Shown here: positions 1 through 12,659 of the stretch, in pieces | Layout of the letters: the number at the start of each line of letters is the position of its first letter | Position numbering within the stretch: position 1 is the first letter of the stretch | Assembly: GCF_036321535.1 (NCBI RefSeq) | Contig: NC_087436.1 | Span: forward strand, 48,796,001 to 48,860,000 | Source: Camelus dromedarius | Lineage: Eukaryota | DNA: 64,000 nt | Direction of reading: 5' to 3' | Position numbers and translations under genes: made by a program | Notes under the pieces: generated by a model | Databases searched by the model: none | What the model saw: the letters and a program-made list of their open reading frames with translations, nothing else | Told to the model about the DNA's origin: nothing

Positions 1-1165
1 AGGAAAGGTTTTTAAACAAATGATGCCGCAACAACTGTATATTCCTTAAAACCTACCTCTATAAGTGAATATTGATTTCAGATGAATCATAGACCTAAAT
101 GTAAAAAGCTAGACCCATGAAGTTTCTGTAAGAAAACATAAGAAGAATTTTCATAACCTTAGGGGGGTAAAGATTTATTACAGAGGACACAGAAAATATT
201 AACCGTAAAAGAAAAAGATAAATTAGGCTTATTGAAAATTAAGATGTTCATTCTAAAAATGAGTAAGTAAGCCGCAGACTGGGAAAAATATTCTTAATAC
301 ATATACTGACAAATGACTCATATCCAGAATGTATAATCAACAATATAAAACCCTAAATGACCTAAATTTTAAAAATAAGCAAAAGACTCGAATAGACACT
401 TTATAAATGATGCTTAACATTGCTAGTCATCAGAGAAATGAAAATTAAAACCAGAATGAGATACCATTTCACATCCACCAGAATGGTAAAAATATAAAAA
501 CTTGACAACATCAACTATTGGTGAGGATGTGGAGAACGAGAATCTTTATACGATGATGGTGGAATAGAAAACGGCACAACCACTTTAGAGAATAATTTGG
601 CAATTGATATTCATTTCTTCAAAGACCCAGCAGTTCTACTACTAGATATTTATCCTAGAGCAGTGAAAACATACGTCTACAAAAAGACTTGCACAAGAGT
701 ATTTATAGAGCTTGTTCATACTATTTTCAGAGTGAAAACAATCCAAATAAATACCAATAGGAGAATGGATAAACACATTTTGATATATTTATATGATGAA
801 ATACTACTTAGGAATAAGAAGAAACCATTGATAAACATAACAAAGTTGTTATTTTTCAAGGGAAAAAAAACACGTTGAGCAAAAGAAGCCAGACACAAAG
901 GACTATATCCTAAATGACTTCATTTATATGAAGGACAAAAATAGCAAAACACATGTAGGGGGACAGAAATCAGAGTGTGGTTGCCTTTGGGGTGGGGGAA
1001 ATTGAACAGAAAGCATGAGAGAACTTTCTGGGCTGACAGAAATAGACTGTATCTTATTTCTGATGGTGTTTGCATGGGTATATATGGTTGTCAAAACTTC
1101 CTCAACTCACAACACTTAAAATCTGTTATTTATTGTCTGTAAATTATACCTCAATTTAAAAAGAA
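1..1165 (+). mobile_element. Old L1 (L1MC/MD/ME-type), ORF2 end and 3' UTR
   Basis: Typical L1M motifs (agacctaaatgtaaaa; atgagataccatttcacatccaccagaatgg; gacccagcagttctactactagatatttatcc). Ends ...gtaaattatacctcaat plus an A-rich tail. Confidence 0.85.
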
Positions 1166-1298
1166 AGCCCAGGATAAAAGAGCATGGCGTGTTTACAGGT
1201 GTAAATGACTAAGATACTCAGGGCTGATGTTAATTCTTCAATTTATCTCAGAAAGCAAGAGTTCAAACCCCCATCCCCTTCATAAATTATTCCTATAT

Positions 1299-1330
1299 TT
1301 TAATCCACAGTGATGAAAGAGGTATTTATT
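1299..1330 (-). terminator. Candidate GSTCD polyadenylation signals (3' UTR about 1.2 kb if used)
   Basis: The first canonical AATAAA I found after the stop is at 1330-1325, followed by ATTAAA at 1304-1299. Alternatives are ATTAAA at 2285-2280 and AATAAA at 1134-1129. Confidence 0.4.
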
Positions 1331-2476
1331 AAAGCCCTTTCTCCTCATGGTATGTGTCATACAGTGGTTGAAAAAAAATCAAAATTGATGAAATAAATCT
1401 TACCTCAAATGAAATAACCTAGGACATGTAAAAAAGAATTAGCAGCATGTGTGAAAGGACACACCAGCTGTTTTTAAAAACTGGCTGGTGGAATACGGGC
1501 TATTTGAGGAGGGAGAAAACTATTCAGGTAAGCTTCCACACCCTACTCCTTCTCCAATTATACTCAGTAAATTGTATCAAAAATAAAAATGATTGATAAC
1601 TGAAAAACAAATCCTGTGACCTTAACTGATTCATGAATCTTTCTCTTGTACGTGATTTACTTCTATAGCAAAGGCACTGTGTCTCTTCCAACTCATCTTT
1701 GTATCCTTAGAAGAATCTAGGCCAGGACCTTGAAAATAATGGATCCTCAGCAATTACTTATAGACTTGAATTAACATATCAATGTATTTACTGATTAGTT
1801 AGAATTTATGTCCAGATTAATGTTCCTATAATAGGAAATTTACTGCAATTATTTTATAACATTTTCATATAAAATGTTTGACCCAGCAGTGATCCCATTT
1901 GGCAATTTATGGGAAATATATTTAAAAGGAGTTATGAAATGAAATATAAGTCCAACTCACCTCAGCTTAAAAATGTAACCATACTGTAATTACCTGACTA
2001 GGCTTTTTAAAAAAATTATTTAAAAAAGTACAATTGTTAAAAAATATAAAACGCAGACAGACAAAACCCACTCAGTTTAGTTTCGGTCTCCATTTGAATC
2101 TCTAAGTGATTATAAGGCTGCAAGTCCACTGTTTTGAACTGAACACCACACTGGCAAGATCAGAAAAGCTGTGCACTGAGAAGGAAATTGTTATTCCTGT
2201 GATAGAACTTCCTCTCGTGAGGCTCACTCTGCTGGCAGCTGAGACTTCAGGGGACTCTCACTAGGAAAACCAGCAGTCTTTTAATCACACGCCACAAGCA
2301 CATCTGTGACGCTTTGCAGGCAGCCTTCTCCCAAGACGCTCCTGCTGTGCTCCTTCCTCAGCACAGGAAGTTCAAGATGGCTGACGCTGCTTCTAATTAT
2401 GCCAGGACCCTCCTGAGTGCCACTGGGCTTGCGTCAGGGAGACGGATGGCACAGCATCAGATGTGAATATCTCACT

Positions 2477-2613
2477 CTAAATGGGGACTCCCACGATCAT
2501 GTTATTTTTGGGAGAGCAGCTCTCTGGCTGCATGGATATCACTTGAATAGAGTAGCCACGTTCTTCTGCAGCTCTTGCTCGATCCAGATCCACCAGGCAC
2601 ATGCACTGTTTTC
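2477..2613 (-). CDS. GSTCD: GSTCD last coding exon (137 coding bp including TAG; probably exon 12)
   Basis: gtatttcag|GA AAA CAG...CCC ATT TAG. Encodes (G)KQCMCLVDLDRARAAEERGYSIQVISMQPESCSPKNNMIVGVPI*. Confidence 0.96.
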
Positions 2614-4889
2614 CTGAAATACAGTAGAATGGTATCATGAGACACCCTTCAGCAAATGGTGCAATTTCAATTCGTAAGGGATTCTATACGATGACAAAAT
2701 CTATAAGTACTATGGAGAATGATGTTTGCCCCCAAGTTCTGTTTAGTCTCTTTGAACTTAATTCCTGATCAGTATGGAGAGAAGACAATTACAAATACGT
2801 AACATTTCACAGATTTGTTTCTACTAGTAATTTAAAGAGTATTAATCTTTTAAAATGTATTTATAAATAAATTCTGAAATAAAAACTACAGATTCTATTT
2901 CCCACTTTGGTTAAAAATCCATTTTTAAGAATTTTTCTCTTCATACTCCAGGAAAATACATTATTTGTAATGTTGTAAAAAATATATAACATCTGCCATT
3001 AAAAATATCTAAAATAATAACCAAACAAAAGGACACCTGAAAGTCATGTTACATTTTGCATGTGGAGATTTTAGGACAATGAAGAAATGAGAAATAGGAA
3101 ATACTTGAGAAAACTCTCAGTTGTGTGCAGATTATTTCAGGTGGATGTGTAATGTTGAGAGTAGTATAATCTTAATTGAATAGAGCTCCTACCCCCCTAT
3201 GAAATAGTGGTATTCAATTTTCTTTCTAGTCTTGGGAAACAAAGGAGGGAACGTGACTGGCAACCAAAGCAGTTAATTTCTGTCTTTTGGTAAGTGCAAA
3301 CTTCTATTTCAAAGCAGCTAGGGAAAAAAAAGCTGATTTGGGGTTGAATGTATTCAAAGCTAAGGTTTACTTTTATAATTTCAATTTCTTTAAATTCAAT
3401 ACATAAACGTTTTCATCCTCTTGGAAAAAGGTTACTGACATGCAGAACTTCATTCCATTTTTTCTCAATAATTATAATAATGCCTAAACATTATTTTTAA
3501 ACATTATTTACTTGAATGACAGCAGAAACTGCTCAACTAAAACAGCTTCAAAAATGAAGATAGACAACTGATTTAGAAAAATTCTTCTGTGGAAGGTAGA
3601 ATCCTCCCAGATAAAAACAGTGGAAGGTAAAATCAATAGGTAAGAAATTGACAACAAGAGGTTTAGATTTAAAATATTTTGCACATTTCCCTTAGAAGGC
3701 CTCATGCCAAGAAGGATGAACTGTGATAGAAACGATATAAAAAGAGATGTCTAGAATTCCACTGAGGCAAAGTCACCCCTCTTCATCAACAGCTGCATAG
3801 ATGACAGGTTTTTTTTCCCTTTAAAATACTGTTCTTCCTTTAAGACATCTGCAAATGTCCCCCCACCCCACCCCATCTACTTTTCAATTTAAAATGAAAC
3901 ACTCTCTGTCAGAATGGGATGCTCTACATTCCTTTGGTACCCACCCTGGGTTTACACTGCAGTTCATTTACCCTTGGCTTTGATCCCAGTCCAGCTCATT
4001 TTTCCTTTGCATTATGTAAAAGAGTCTCATGTTTTTACACGTTGAAGAAGTGTCTTCACAACTGAAACTCAGTTGTTGGGAGTCTACCTTTTGAGGCCTG
4101 AGAAGCTTCCTAAAATGTTCACAGAACAGAAGTATGGCCTGTGCAAAGATGTAGACATTTGATGGAGTCCGTGATTCTGAACTTGACTTTCCTTCCCTTC
4201 ATGTCAGTGATCATGAGAAAATGCTCCTCCTTCTCAGCTCTAGCAGTTTCCCTTCCAATCATTCCTTCTGGTTTGACGCCTAAAACATCAACAGGTACAC
4301 CCCCATCCAGCACATCAATTATGCCTTCACTGAGTCCAGTGGAGCTATGTCAAATGTAACTTGATATATACATGTAAGTTGTACCTCAATATACATACTG
4401 GACTGTACACTCAAGTGTACATACGACTAACTCAAAATGTTGGAAACTAGAAAAAGAGGAGGAGGAGGGGAAGGGAGTAAAAGAGAGAGGTTGCGTGTGG
4501 GAAGGTAAGTTTTTTCCATACGTTTATGCCCCAAAGTGTGAATAAAGAAGGAACTCACTTGCTCCTTCAGAATTAGGTCTCAAATGCCTCTCCAATTGTG
4601 ATTATCCTTCTATGCTGACTCTGATTTTAGATTTTAAAGGTACCTAGTTTTTATACAACAGGGTCCCTGAATACAAGCTAACCCCTAGACGTGGTACTCA
4701 GCCAAAGAACCGGCAATCTGCATTCCACTTCATCATGATGGTCTACAATGTGGGGCTTTTCTGAATAATTTTTAAGATTAGTTTTGATTATATTCAATCA
4801 TGTAAAGTCCTAATCTTGGAAACTAACCTTCCAGTGATGCACCTCTATCACTGGGCATTGGGGGGGGGGGGAAGAACTGCAAAAATGGG

Positions 4890-5080
4890 TAAGAGCTTTA
4901 TGTCTGGAATCAAATAATTTGGGTGTGGTTCCATCATCTACCAGCTGAGGGATCCTGGCTAGGCTTTTGTCCCAACAGCACATATTCCACATGTATTTTT
5001 ATAAGACTTTTCTGAGATAATGGATGCAGGACATTTAGCTCAGAACTTAAATGCGCAGTAACTGTTAGCTGCTATTATCC
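4890..5080 (+). mobile_element. Degenerate MIR SINE
   Basis: Weak similarity to the MIR 5' part (tctggaatcaaataatttgggtgtggttcc) and 3' end (tgttagctgctattat). Confidence 0.5.
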
Positions 5081-5633
5081 TTCTAAATGTGATTTCTTTT
5101 TCTAAAGCAGAGTCTTGGATAAGTTCATTACTTAAACCGGAAATGCTATTTTTCTTCCAAGTTAGGTAATGTTAAATATTACAAATGTCAAATATATTGG
5201 TCTATGATTAAAAATATACAGGTAAACTTTTTTTTTCTGAGAAAGAAAACATTATCATCCTTGTTTACACATTTTGTAATGTATCAATTTTGGCATGCTG
5301 AGTTGATTTTTCTATCTTGCATTTTCTTCTGCAGCTTTTGATAGATTCTTCAGTTTGTGACAATAAGAGATTTAACATAATAATTCTACTCAATGTATGA
5401 ACATTGAAAATACATTTAAAAGTATTAAGGTTGACAAAAATGGGATAAAATGCTGTTATAATTACAGAGTTCTTTTCAAGATACATTTTTTTTTCTGGGA
5501 AAAATAAACTTTTGTGCCTTAATGATAAATGGACCATTTTGAAGTCCCCTGTTTTCCCATATAGGGCTGGTCTATTCATTCCTAGGCACCTTGTACATAA
5601 TCAACTCAACATTTGCTCTGTGAGAACACATAC

Positions 5634-5703
5634 CTATGAGCCTTCGTTGGGGTGGAAGCTGGACAGCTGTCTGGTCTGCAAATCTGCACAGAATCATGTG
5701 TTC
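5634..5703 (-). CDS. GSTCD: GSTCD coding exon (70 bp; probably exon 11)
   Basis: ttttcttatag|GAA CAC...CTC ATA G|gtatgt. Encodes EHMILCRFADQTAVQLPPQRRLI. Confidence 0.95.
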
Positions 5704-8187
5704 CTATAAGAAAAAGCAACAGAAAATGGGTTTACTTTAATCTTCTGCTTCAAACTTAAAAAAGAAAATAGCAACTTTTTTTTTCTGGAACTCTCCATTG
5801 TTTAATTGAATAAACTACTGCACAAATAGTACTTTTTTAAAAAGTACATTTTCAGAAAATGGTACTCAATAATCTTTTTCCCTTCAAGGAGACTGCTCTT
5901 CAGATGTAGTTCTTAAGAACAGAGGTACAGAAGGTCCTCAGGGCCCTTTAACCAGCTGCTTTTAGCCAAAATATGCTTACAATTTGTGGTTATAATGTGT
6001 TAAACTAAAAGACCTAAAATTCACTTATATTTTCCTTTTAATCAAATCTGAGTCTCAGGAACATGGCTCCAAGAAGACATTTTAAGTGGCTTTTCCTCTT
6101 CCTACAAAGAAAAGGAGGTACTGCCAAAGGTCACCACCGTGGCCTCTGCCGTTCTCCCGGGTCCCCAGCAGGGTGTCGGACTCCCCCCTTCACTCAGTCC
6201 CCTCAGAGGAGAGGAGGCTGGTTCACTCCCTCCCCTCGCTCCAAAGGCTGCAGGAGGTGCATGTACTTGTGCTTTAAGACAGACTGTAAAGGGGACTGGA
6301 GAGAATGAGAGGGAGATCATTGCTTCTGCTTAACAATTTTAGGAAAGGTTACATTAATGGAAAAAGAGCAAGGCTTCAGAGGGACAGAGAGGTGGTGAGT
6401 CTGCACAGCACTCTTACATCTGCAAGTAGTCAAAGGAGTGGTGAGTCAGAGCTGAAATGACTGCAGTGCTCCCATGACAACTGTTCACTCAGAACAGCTG
6501 CAGTTTCCAAGTGTGTAATGGGCTCACCTGTCAGCTTAGCAAACGCGTTGAACTGACTCATCATTGGTCTCCTTGGTCTTTGGTACATTCAATGTGAGGT
6601 CTCCATTTTTTTAATAAGATTTTTCTGATTACCTTATTAAATGAGTGACTGGGTGATGTTGGGTCTTTTTCAAGGGTTACTTTTGTCTCAACTTTTATAC
6701 ATTAAAGAAAACCTCTTTAATGCTCACTATAAAATTTAGTGGCAATGGGTAGGATACTGATAAAATGGCTCAAATGAGTAACTTTTATTAAACTCCTGTG
6801 AACTGGCACAAACCAAGGGGCAGAAGAATAATTTAGAACTATGTAATTTGAAGAAAAGGCAGGACAAAGCATGCCCTTTGTCCTCATGTTTATAAATTAA
6901 AGTTCACTACAAGTAATGTCGAGGAAATTACAACCTCAGATGAGGTTGGTTTCCCTTGCCCTGGTAAGTCTTCTCATATTTCAGTGGAATTATTTGTGTA
7001 TGTGTTTGCCCCAGTAGAAGTTAAATTCTGAATGGGGAAGGCACGTAGTAGGTATTCAGTAGAGATTTGCTGGCTAAATTGAACTGTGGAGGAAAACACT
7101 TCTAATGTGACTCTCAAGGTACCTGGGCACTAAGTCCATTTAGTTCTGCCTGCCAGCCCACCCACCATGGTTAAGAAATACTGAGATATCACCTTGCAAC
7201 AGCATCCAAGAGGTTAAGACTTCTCCGTGGAGCATTCACACCCAAGACAATCAAAGGGTGAGTGGCCAAAGAGCTTTGAGGGCGTGGAAGAACGAGGAGA
7301 TAAAGATAACTAGGGGAACTGGGAGCTTTAGGCTATCTGGAAGAGCCTGGGTGCCCTGTCTCTAGAATCTAGAACTTCTACATTTCCTCCAGCCAGTGAG
7401 GCTGTGGTGCCCTACCTCCTCACCACCCCAGTTTTTTATCCTCGTAGAGTTTGCTTTACTTCACATCACTCAAGGAGGGATTAAAAACAAGGGTCTAGTT
7501 TTTGGTTTTTGTTTGTTTTCCAGTTTATTTTCTACTTTATTGGCAGGGCCTTTTAAGAGAAAGTTGAGGTGTTTTGAACATTATGAAAATAAAATTCCTG
7601 AGGTCCTAACACTTCCAAAAACCTCTATAGTTAAAAAAAAAACACCCCTATATTTCCCTAGAATATGAAAACTTTAAATTCAGTAGACGAAGATTAGATC
7701 TGGTTCTATACTTAGATGGGTGGGGACAGGAAAGTTGGGGAGAGGGGAGAGGTGAGGGTAGGAGGAGGGGCAGGAGACAGAGTTAGAGGTGGGCATTCAC
7801 TTAAGAGTGACAAAGTAGGGGTGAAGGAGATATAGGTGCCAGGGTGGTAGAAATGGACATTTTTAGGTTACTGTACCTCACAATTCCACTACTGGAAGGG
7901 AAAGAAGGTAAAATTCCCAGAAGGCAGGGGCTGGTATACAAAACGAGACTATATATTTTATTGAGTCTGTACTAGAAGTGTAATTAAGCAAACTAAGAAT
8001 CCAATGTAATTAACAAACTAATTTATCAGCTTTTAATGGGATTATGTATTTCTCACAACTGTTATAATTTCTTAGATCGCACTTCTATCACATTATTGAT
8101 CAATTAATTAGTTAGTAGTGATGTTCACAAAGCTGCAAACTGTTTTGCTCAGACTGCTGACTCAAAACTATGCAATGTTCTGACTAC

Positions 8188-8838
8188 TGTGGGAGACAAT
8201 TCTGTGTGGGTCTTTTGTGTTTCTTCATGTCTTATGAGCAGAGTCATTGTCTTTGTTCCAGACCAGTGGCTGGTCAACTACGGCCCATTGGCCAAACCCA
8301 GCCTGTGACCTATTTTTGTATGGCCCAAAAGTTAAGAATGGATTTTACATTTTTAAAGGGTTGTAAACCAACAACAACGACAAGGACAATGCAGAATATG
8401 TGGGGGGGGGGGTCTGTAAGTGGCCAGCAAAGCCTAAAATATTGACTGTCTTACCTTTTACAGAAAAATTCACCTCTGTTCCAGATTATCTTTTCAAAGA
8501 CATTTGTACAGTCAACAGCCTTGGAAACTATACAGTGTCTCCCTCTGGAGAAAAGGGGAGGCATGCTTACTTAATGATTACACCTTAAAACATCTGGGTT
8601 TCCGAAGCTCAGTTTCCCTCCCCTGTGATAGGACTCACTGTATATGTGTTAAGGGTCATCTGGCCCCTTCTGCGCTGCCCTGTGGGAACTGGGCCTCGGG
8701 AAGTCAGTGGGAAAATGATGGTAGTTACTCCCATTGCTGTGAGCTACACTGTCTTCTGTTGTCCCTGCCAGCATCCATCAAACTGTGGCAGGCTAGCTTG
8801 TGAGCTTGCGAGGCGGGTAAACTCTCAGACCCTTCACA
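8188..8838 (+). mobile_element. Solo ERVL-type LTR (MER76-like) interrupted by MER58
   Basis: TG...CA ends (tgtgggagacaattct ... ctcagacccttcaca). The internal sequence resembles a remembered consensus and is contiguous once the insert is removed. Confidence 0.7.
8264..8478 (+). mobile_element. MER58B-like hAT-Charlie non-autonomous DNA transposon
   Basis: cag...ctg ends. Motifs actacggccc, ttaagaatggattttacatttttaaa and gcaaagcctaaaatatt. 8-bp TSD ttccagac / ttccagat. Confidence 0.85.
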
Positions 8839-9020
8839 AATCTTGTCAACTACCTAAAGATTAATCTTGATTTGCCAAAAAGAAAAAAAAAGCATATCAG
8901 AGTTTATGAGTAATTCAAGTATAAGTATAGGTTATATACTCCACTAGAAATTTGAGAAGGAAAATATAAAGAAGGAATAAAAAGTATATTAGGTAAACAT
9001 CCAGATGTTTATAAGGTTAC

Positions 9021-9051
9021 CTTGTACGATAATGTTTTCTTGAATTGATCA
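9021..9051 (-). CDS. GSTCD: GSTCD coding micro-exon (31 bp; probably exon 10)
   Basis: ctatttcag|T GAT CAA TTC AAG AAA ACA TTA TCG TAC AAG|gtaacc. Encodes (S)DQFKKTLSYK and bridges phase 2 to phase 0 exactly as the neighbouring exons require. Confidence 0.93.
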
Positions 9052-9396
9052 CTGAAATAGAAAAGAAAAAGGAATTACTCATCATTTTAAATACCAAAGG
9101 TTAAGAGTAGAAATAATCTTAAAGAAACTAAATTATAAAAAAATTTTAAAAAAGAAACTAGATTATAAACAAATATGTATGTTTTATCTGAAGGGTATAT
9201 AACAATATCCTGAACTAAGAACTATGCCAGTTTGAAACATCTTATAAAAAGACAAAAACATACCATCAGTCTGTAATTAATTTTTAAAGAATTTCTTTCA
9301 AAGATTGTGTACACTATTAGAGAAGCACAGCCAACTCTTTTCTCTTCCCTGTATGGGTGCACACAGATCCAGGCATTTTAAAATGTAGCTTTTATT

Positions 9397-9735
9397 GTTA
9401 TTCAGGTGTGTGAGACCAACAGATTAGGAGAGGACTGCCAGGGAAAAGAAAGTCTGTTACTCATAGTTCCCAAGAAGAGGGGGCAAGTCATGTCATGCAG
9501 GGTCACGTGGGGAAGCACCAGGGTCAGTCATGAGGCAGAGGCAATGGAGTAAAACACAGACAAGAGCCTCTATTATGGATTCCATGGGAAGGAACGGTAA
9601 GCCAGGGTGAGCAAGCTGAGGACTGGCTAGTTTGAATAATGTCATAGGTTCTGGAGCACAGGGGCTGTCCCTAGTTGTCTGGTATCTGGCCCTAGTGTGA
9701 TTAGGGCAGAGGGGTAGTGACCTGGGAGTAGTCCT
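9397..9735 (-). mobile_element. ERVL-type LTR fragment (MER54/73/74-like)
   Basis: Resembles a remembered reverse-strand consensus (ggggaagcaccagggtcagtca; ggactggctagtttgaataat; ggggctgtccctagttgtctggta). Confidence 0.55.
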
Positions 9736-10454
9736 CTAATGACAAAGGGGGCACATGTCAATAAATCTGCAGAGATGTGACAACGTCGACAGACACTAAA
9801 TTGAGACTTTAAAATCAGTTAAATGAGACTGCAGGCTGAATAACTCAAATTAGCACTCTTAAGAATCTTCATAGTGCTAAACTTAACCAATTTCTTGATG
9901 AGTTGTAAAACATATGTTTTATCTATTTTATCGAAGATTTAGAATAAAATACAATTTCAAGTATTGAATAAGCCTCAAATTATATTTTAGTTTTTGCTTT
10001 TCCACAGTTCCTTTGGTTTTCTCTTAAGTAGTTGCAAATTGTAGTAAGGAACAAAACAATGAAAGAAAGAGAAGGCTATTCTTTTACTTTGTTATTTTAA
10101 ACGACTTACATAGAAACCTTTAAGTATAAATTCTAATGGAAATTTCTAAGGTTTCTTAAAAGCAATGATGCAAATGATCAAGAAGTCTTTTTTGACACAT
10201 TATAGGATTTCCAAAACTAACACGTTTAATTTATTCTATAATTAAAATGATCAGCTGGATTCTCAAAAACTATAAATCAGAGTGAAATGTCATAAACCAA
10301 GAAGGGCCCTCTACTAGGTTGAGTTAAAGTGATGAGAATTAAAATGTCTCCCTCTTCCATGTGGGATAAGGAAGTAAAAACGGCCACTGAGCTTGCAGAT
10401 TAATCACCACCACCCATGGGCAGAATTTAAAACTACTACTGCTACTACTTCACT

Positions 10455-10625
10455 GAGCAACAGCTCACATTTATGAGTGCCTACTCTGTGCCACTTCTAA
10501 GTGGCTTACATATATATCATTCGATCCTCATAAAAACCTTCAGGTAGTTACTATTTTAACCCCCTCTTTTATAGACGAGAAAACATAGGCAAAAAGTTTA
10601 ATTGCCTGGGGTGAAACAATTTACA
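10455..10625 (-). mobile_element. MIR SINE
   Basis: atttatgagtgcctactctgtgcca ... ttttatagacgagaaaacataggc core. Confidence 0.7.
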
Positions 10626-11016
10626 AAAGAATGAGGGGCCATTGTTTGCCATATTTGATGAAGTGGAATACTTCTGGGTCTGAGGTGCTTAACCACTACA
10701 CTCCACTGCCTCTTCTAGGCGATACTTTCCGCTTAGAAGTACACAAAGAAGTGCTGAAGCTGCCGGACTGCCAGTCAGCTGACTCCTAGATAGACTTGCT
10801 TCTAAATTCCAACAAAAGCTGGATCCAGGAGAACAATCAAGGGCAGGCATAGAGGAGATGCTGTATCTTCCTGATACAGCTGATAAACAATACTTGCCAT
10901 AGTGGAAAGTGGAAATGAGCCCCAAACTGAAATCTCATTGCGACTTGTTATCAAATAAGTTTTGTGTACGGATTTAATCCCCATATTGATGTCTTTGGCA
11001 GAACACAACATTTCAC

Positions 11017-11150
11017 CTTTTTGGAAAATTAAACTTTGAGGTATTCTGAATGAAACCGTAACAGCATGGGCACGTGACAAAGGACGCCCGTGTTTTGATG
11101 CAGTGCTCAATCACCATGTCTGTTGCCACTCCACAAGCATGCAACGCCAC
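11017..11150 (-). CDS. GSTCD: GSTCD coding exon (134 bp; probably exon 9)
   Basis: gttttgcag|GTG GCG...CCA AAA AG|gtgaaa. Encodes VALHACGVATDMVIEHCIKTRASFVTCPCCYGFIQNTSKFNFPK, with the LHACG and PCCY motifs. Confidence 0.96.
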
Positions 11151-11524
11151 CTGCAAAACAAAATCAAATCTTAGCTCGAAGTTCTTTCTTAATTAACAGT
11201 GCTACTTTGGGCCATTAAAAAAAACCCAAAAACAAAACCAAACACTTTTTGTGAGGATTGTTCCTTAAAGGGTTTCAAGTTACCAATTATTCCATAGTAG
11301 TTTAGAGTTCTCATTTGGATGTACCAAAAGACAATTAGCTATTGATATTAATTAAGAAAATTAAGCAATAGGTTGAAAGATTACAAATGGAACATTGCAA
11401 ACAAAGCATAAAATTCATTTGGTGGAAAATGATGTTAAATATGGAAAATTCAATATATACGCATGTCTAAACTAGTGCTCTTTCTGATTGAAAATTTATT
11501 TCAGTTGTAGCCTTGTGTCAAGAA

Positions 11525-11740
11525 CCGTAGACTGAAATCAGAATTTCAAGTCTAGAACTCTAATTGGCTGTGTGATCCTGGGCCACTTAAAATTTAACTT
11601 TTTTGGGCCTCAGTCTCTTCAACCAGAAACTGGTTCTGGTTCTGGCTGAGGTGACTGATTAAACTATGGTTAATAATACTGACACATCACAATGCTTTTG
11701 CAAAGATTAAGTAAAAGTGTGTATGAAAACACTTTCACAA
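11525..11740 (+). mobile_element. MIR SINE
   Basis: ggctgtgtgatcctgggc ... gggcctcagtctcttca core. Confidence 0.7.
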
Positions 11741-12659
11741 ATTCTGTCTGAATAGAATCTAATCAGTGTTGTATAAAACTGATCAAATCATATTTATGTA
11801 GCACCTTTTCATATTCATATAATTACAGTTCTTAACACTGAATGATGAATTGTATTAAATTCTTTTAATGAGTTTATTGAAAAAGGAATACAATTGTGGA
11901 TTGAAGTCATGATTAGTGCTTCAATAATTCATGAAAAGAAAAATAACTCTAAAAATGATTTTAAAATCTGTTTTTAGAACCAATGCCTTAAATATATCTA
12001 TACTGTATTACAATCTAAAGCTGACAGTTGTGAAAATTATTAGGCTAAATAAGGCAAAATAGGACTCTATGAAAGAAAATCAGATGCGGGGTTCTTGAGA
12101 GACGAAGCATTTTATCAGAAAAATGCTCAGACTGCCATTCCATTCTGGACAGAGGCAAACCGTATTGGATCACAACTGTCCTTTCTACAGACAAATCTCT
12201 CAACTTTAGGGTGGGGAGGCGCTTTTAGGGTGAAGCCAAAGAGATTTTCTGAAAATTTCTAGTTGTGAAGTAATGTAAGCCAGATTCCCCTTGGACTGGA
12301 AAACCAAAAACAATGCTGTACTGAGAAGAGAAAAGCAAGATCCCTGCTCTCAACCCTCCTGCTCCTGAATTCTTCCCTCCTTCCAGGCTTACATCACCTC
12401 CACAGACGTCAACAATCCCTATGGTTGCTGTGCACCACCTTTCCAGCTTCACACTGAAAACAGAGCTTTGGAAGGCAGCCGTCCAGTGAAGGTAGCAACA
12501 ACTACTGGATAGTGAAGAACTTTAATTTCTCATCTGCTCCTTTTATCTAATCAGCTTTGCAGAGTAAAAATCAGGCCAGCCCTTATTTTCATGAGTAGCT
12601 GGAGAAAACTACATAGTAAAACTTAGATGTATTTTCCCCTGGAGGGAGAGAGAAGAGAA

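Noticed and set aside
597..878. 93-aa ORF with L1 ORF2-like residues (DPAVLLLDIYP)
   Set aside because: Decayed L1 ORF2 C-terminus, not a host gene.
4404..11641. Short perfect inverted repeats (4404-4421, 5829-5847, 6931-6948, 11621-11641)
   Set aside because: Arms of 8-9 bp are expected several times by chance in 64 kb of AT-rich DNA.
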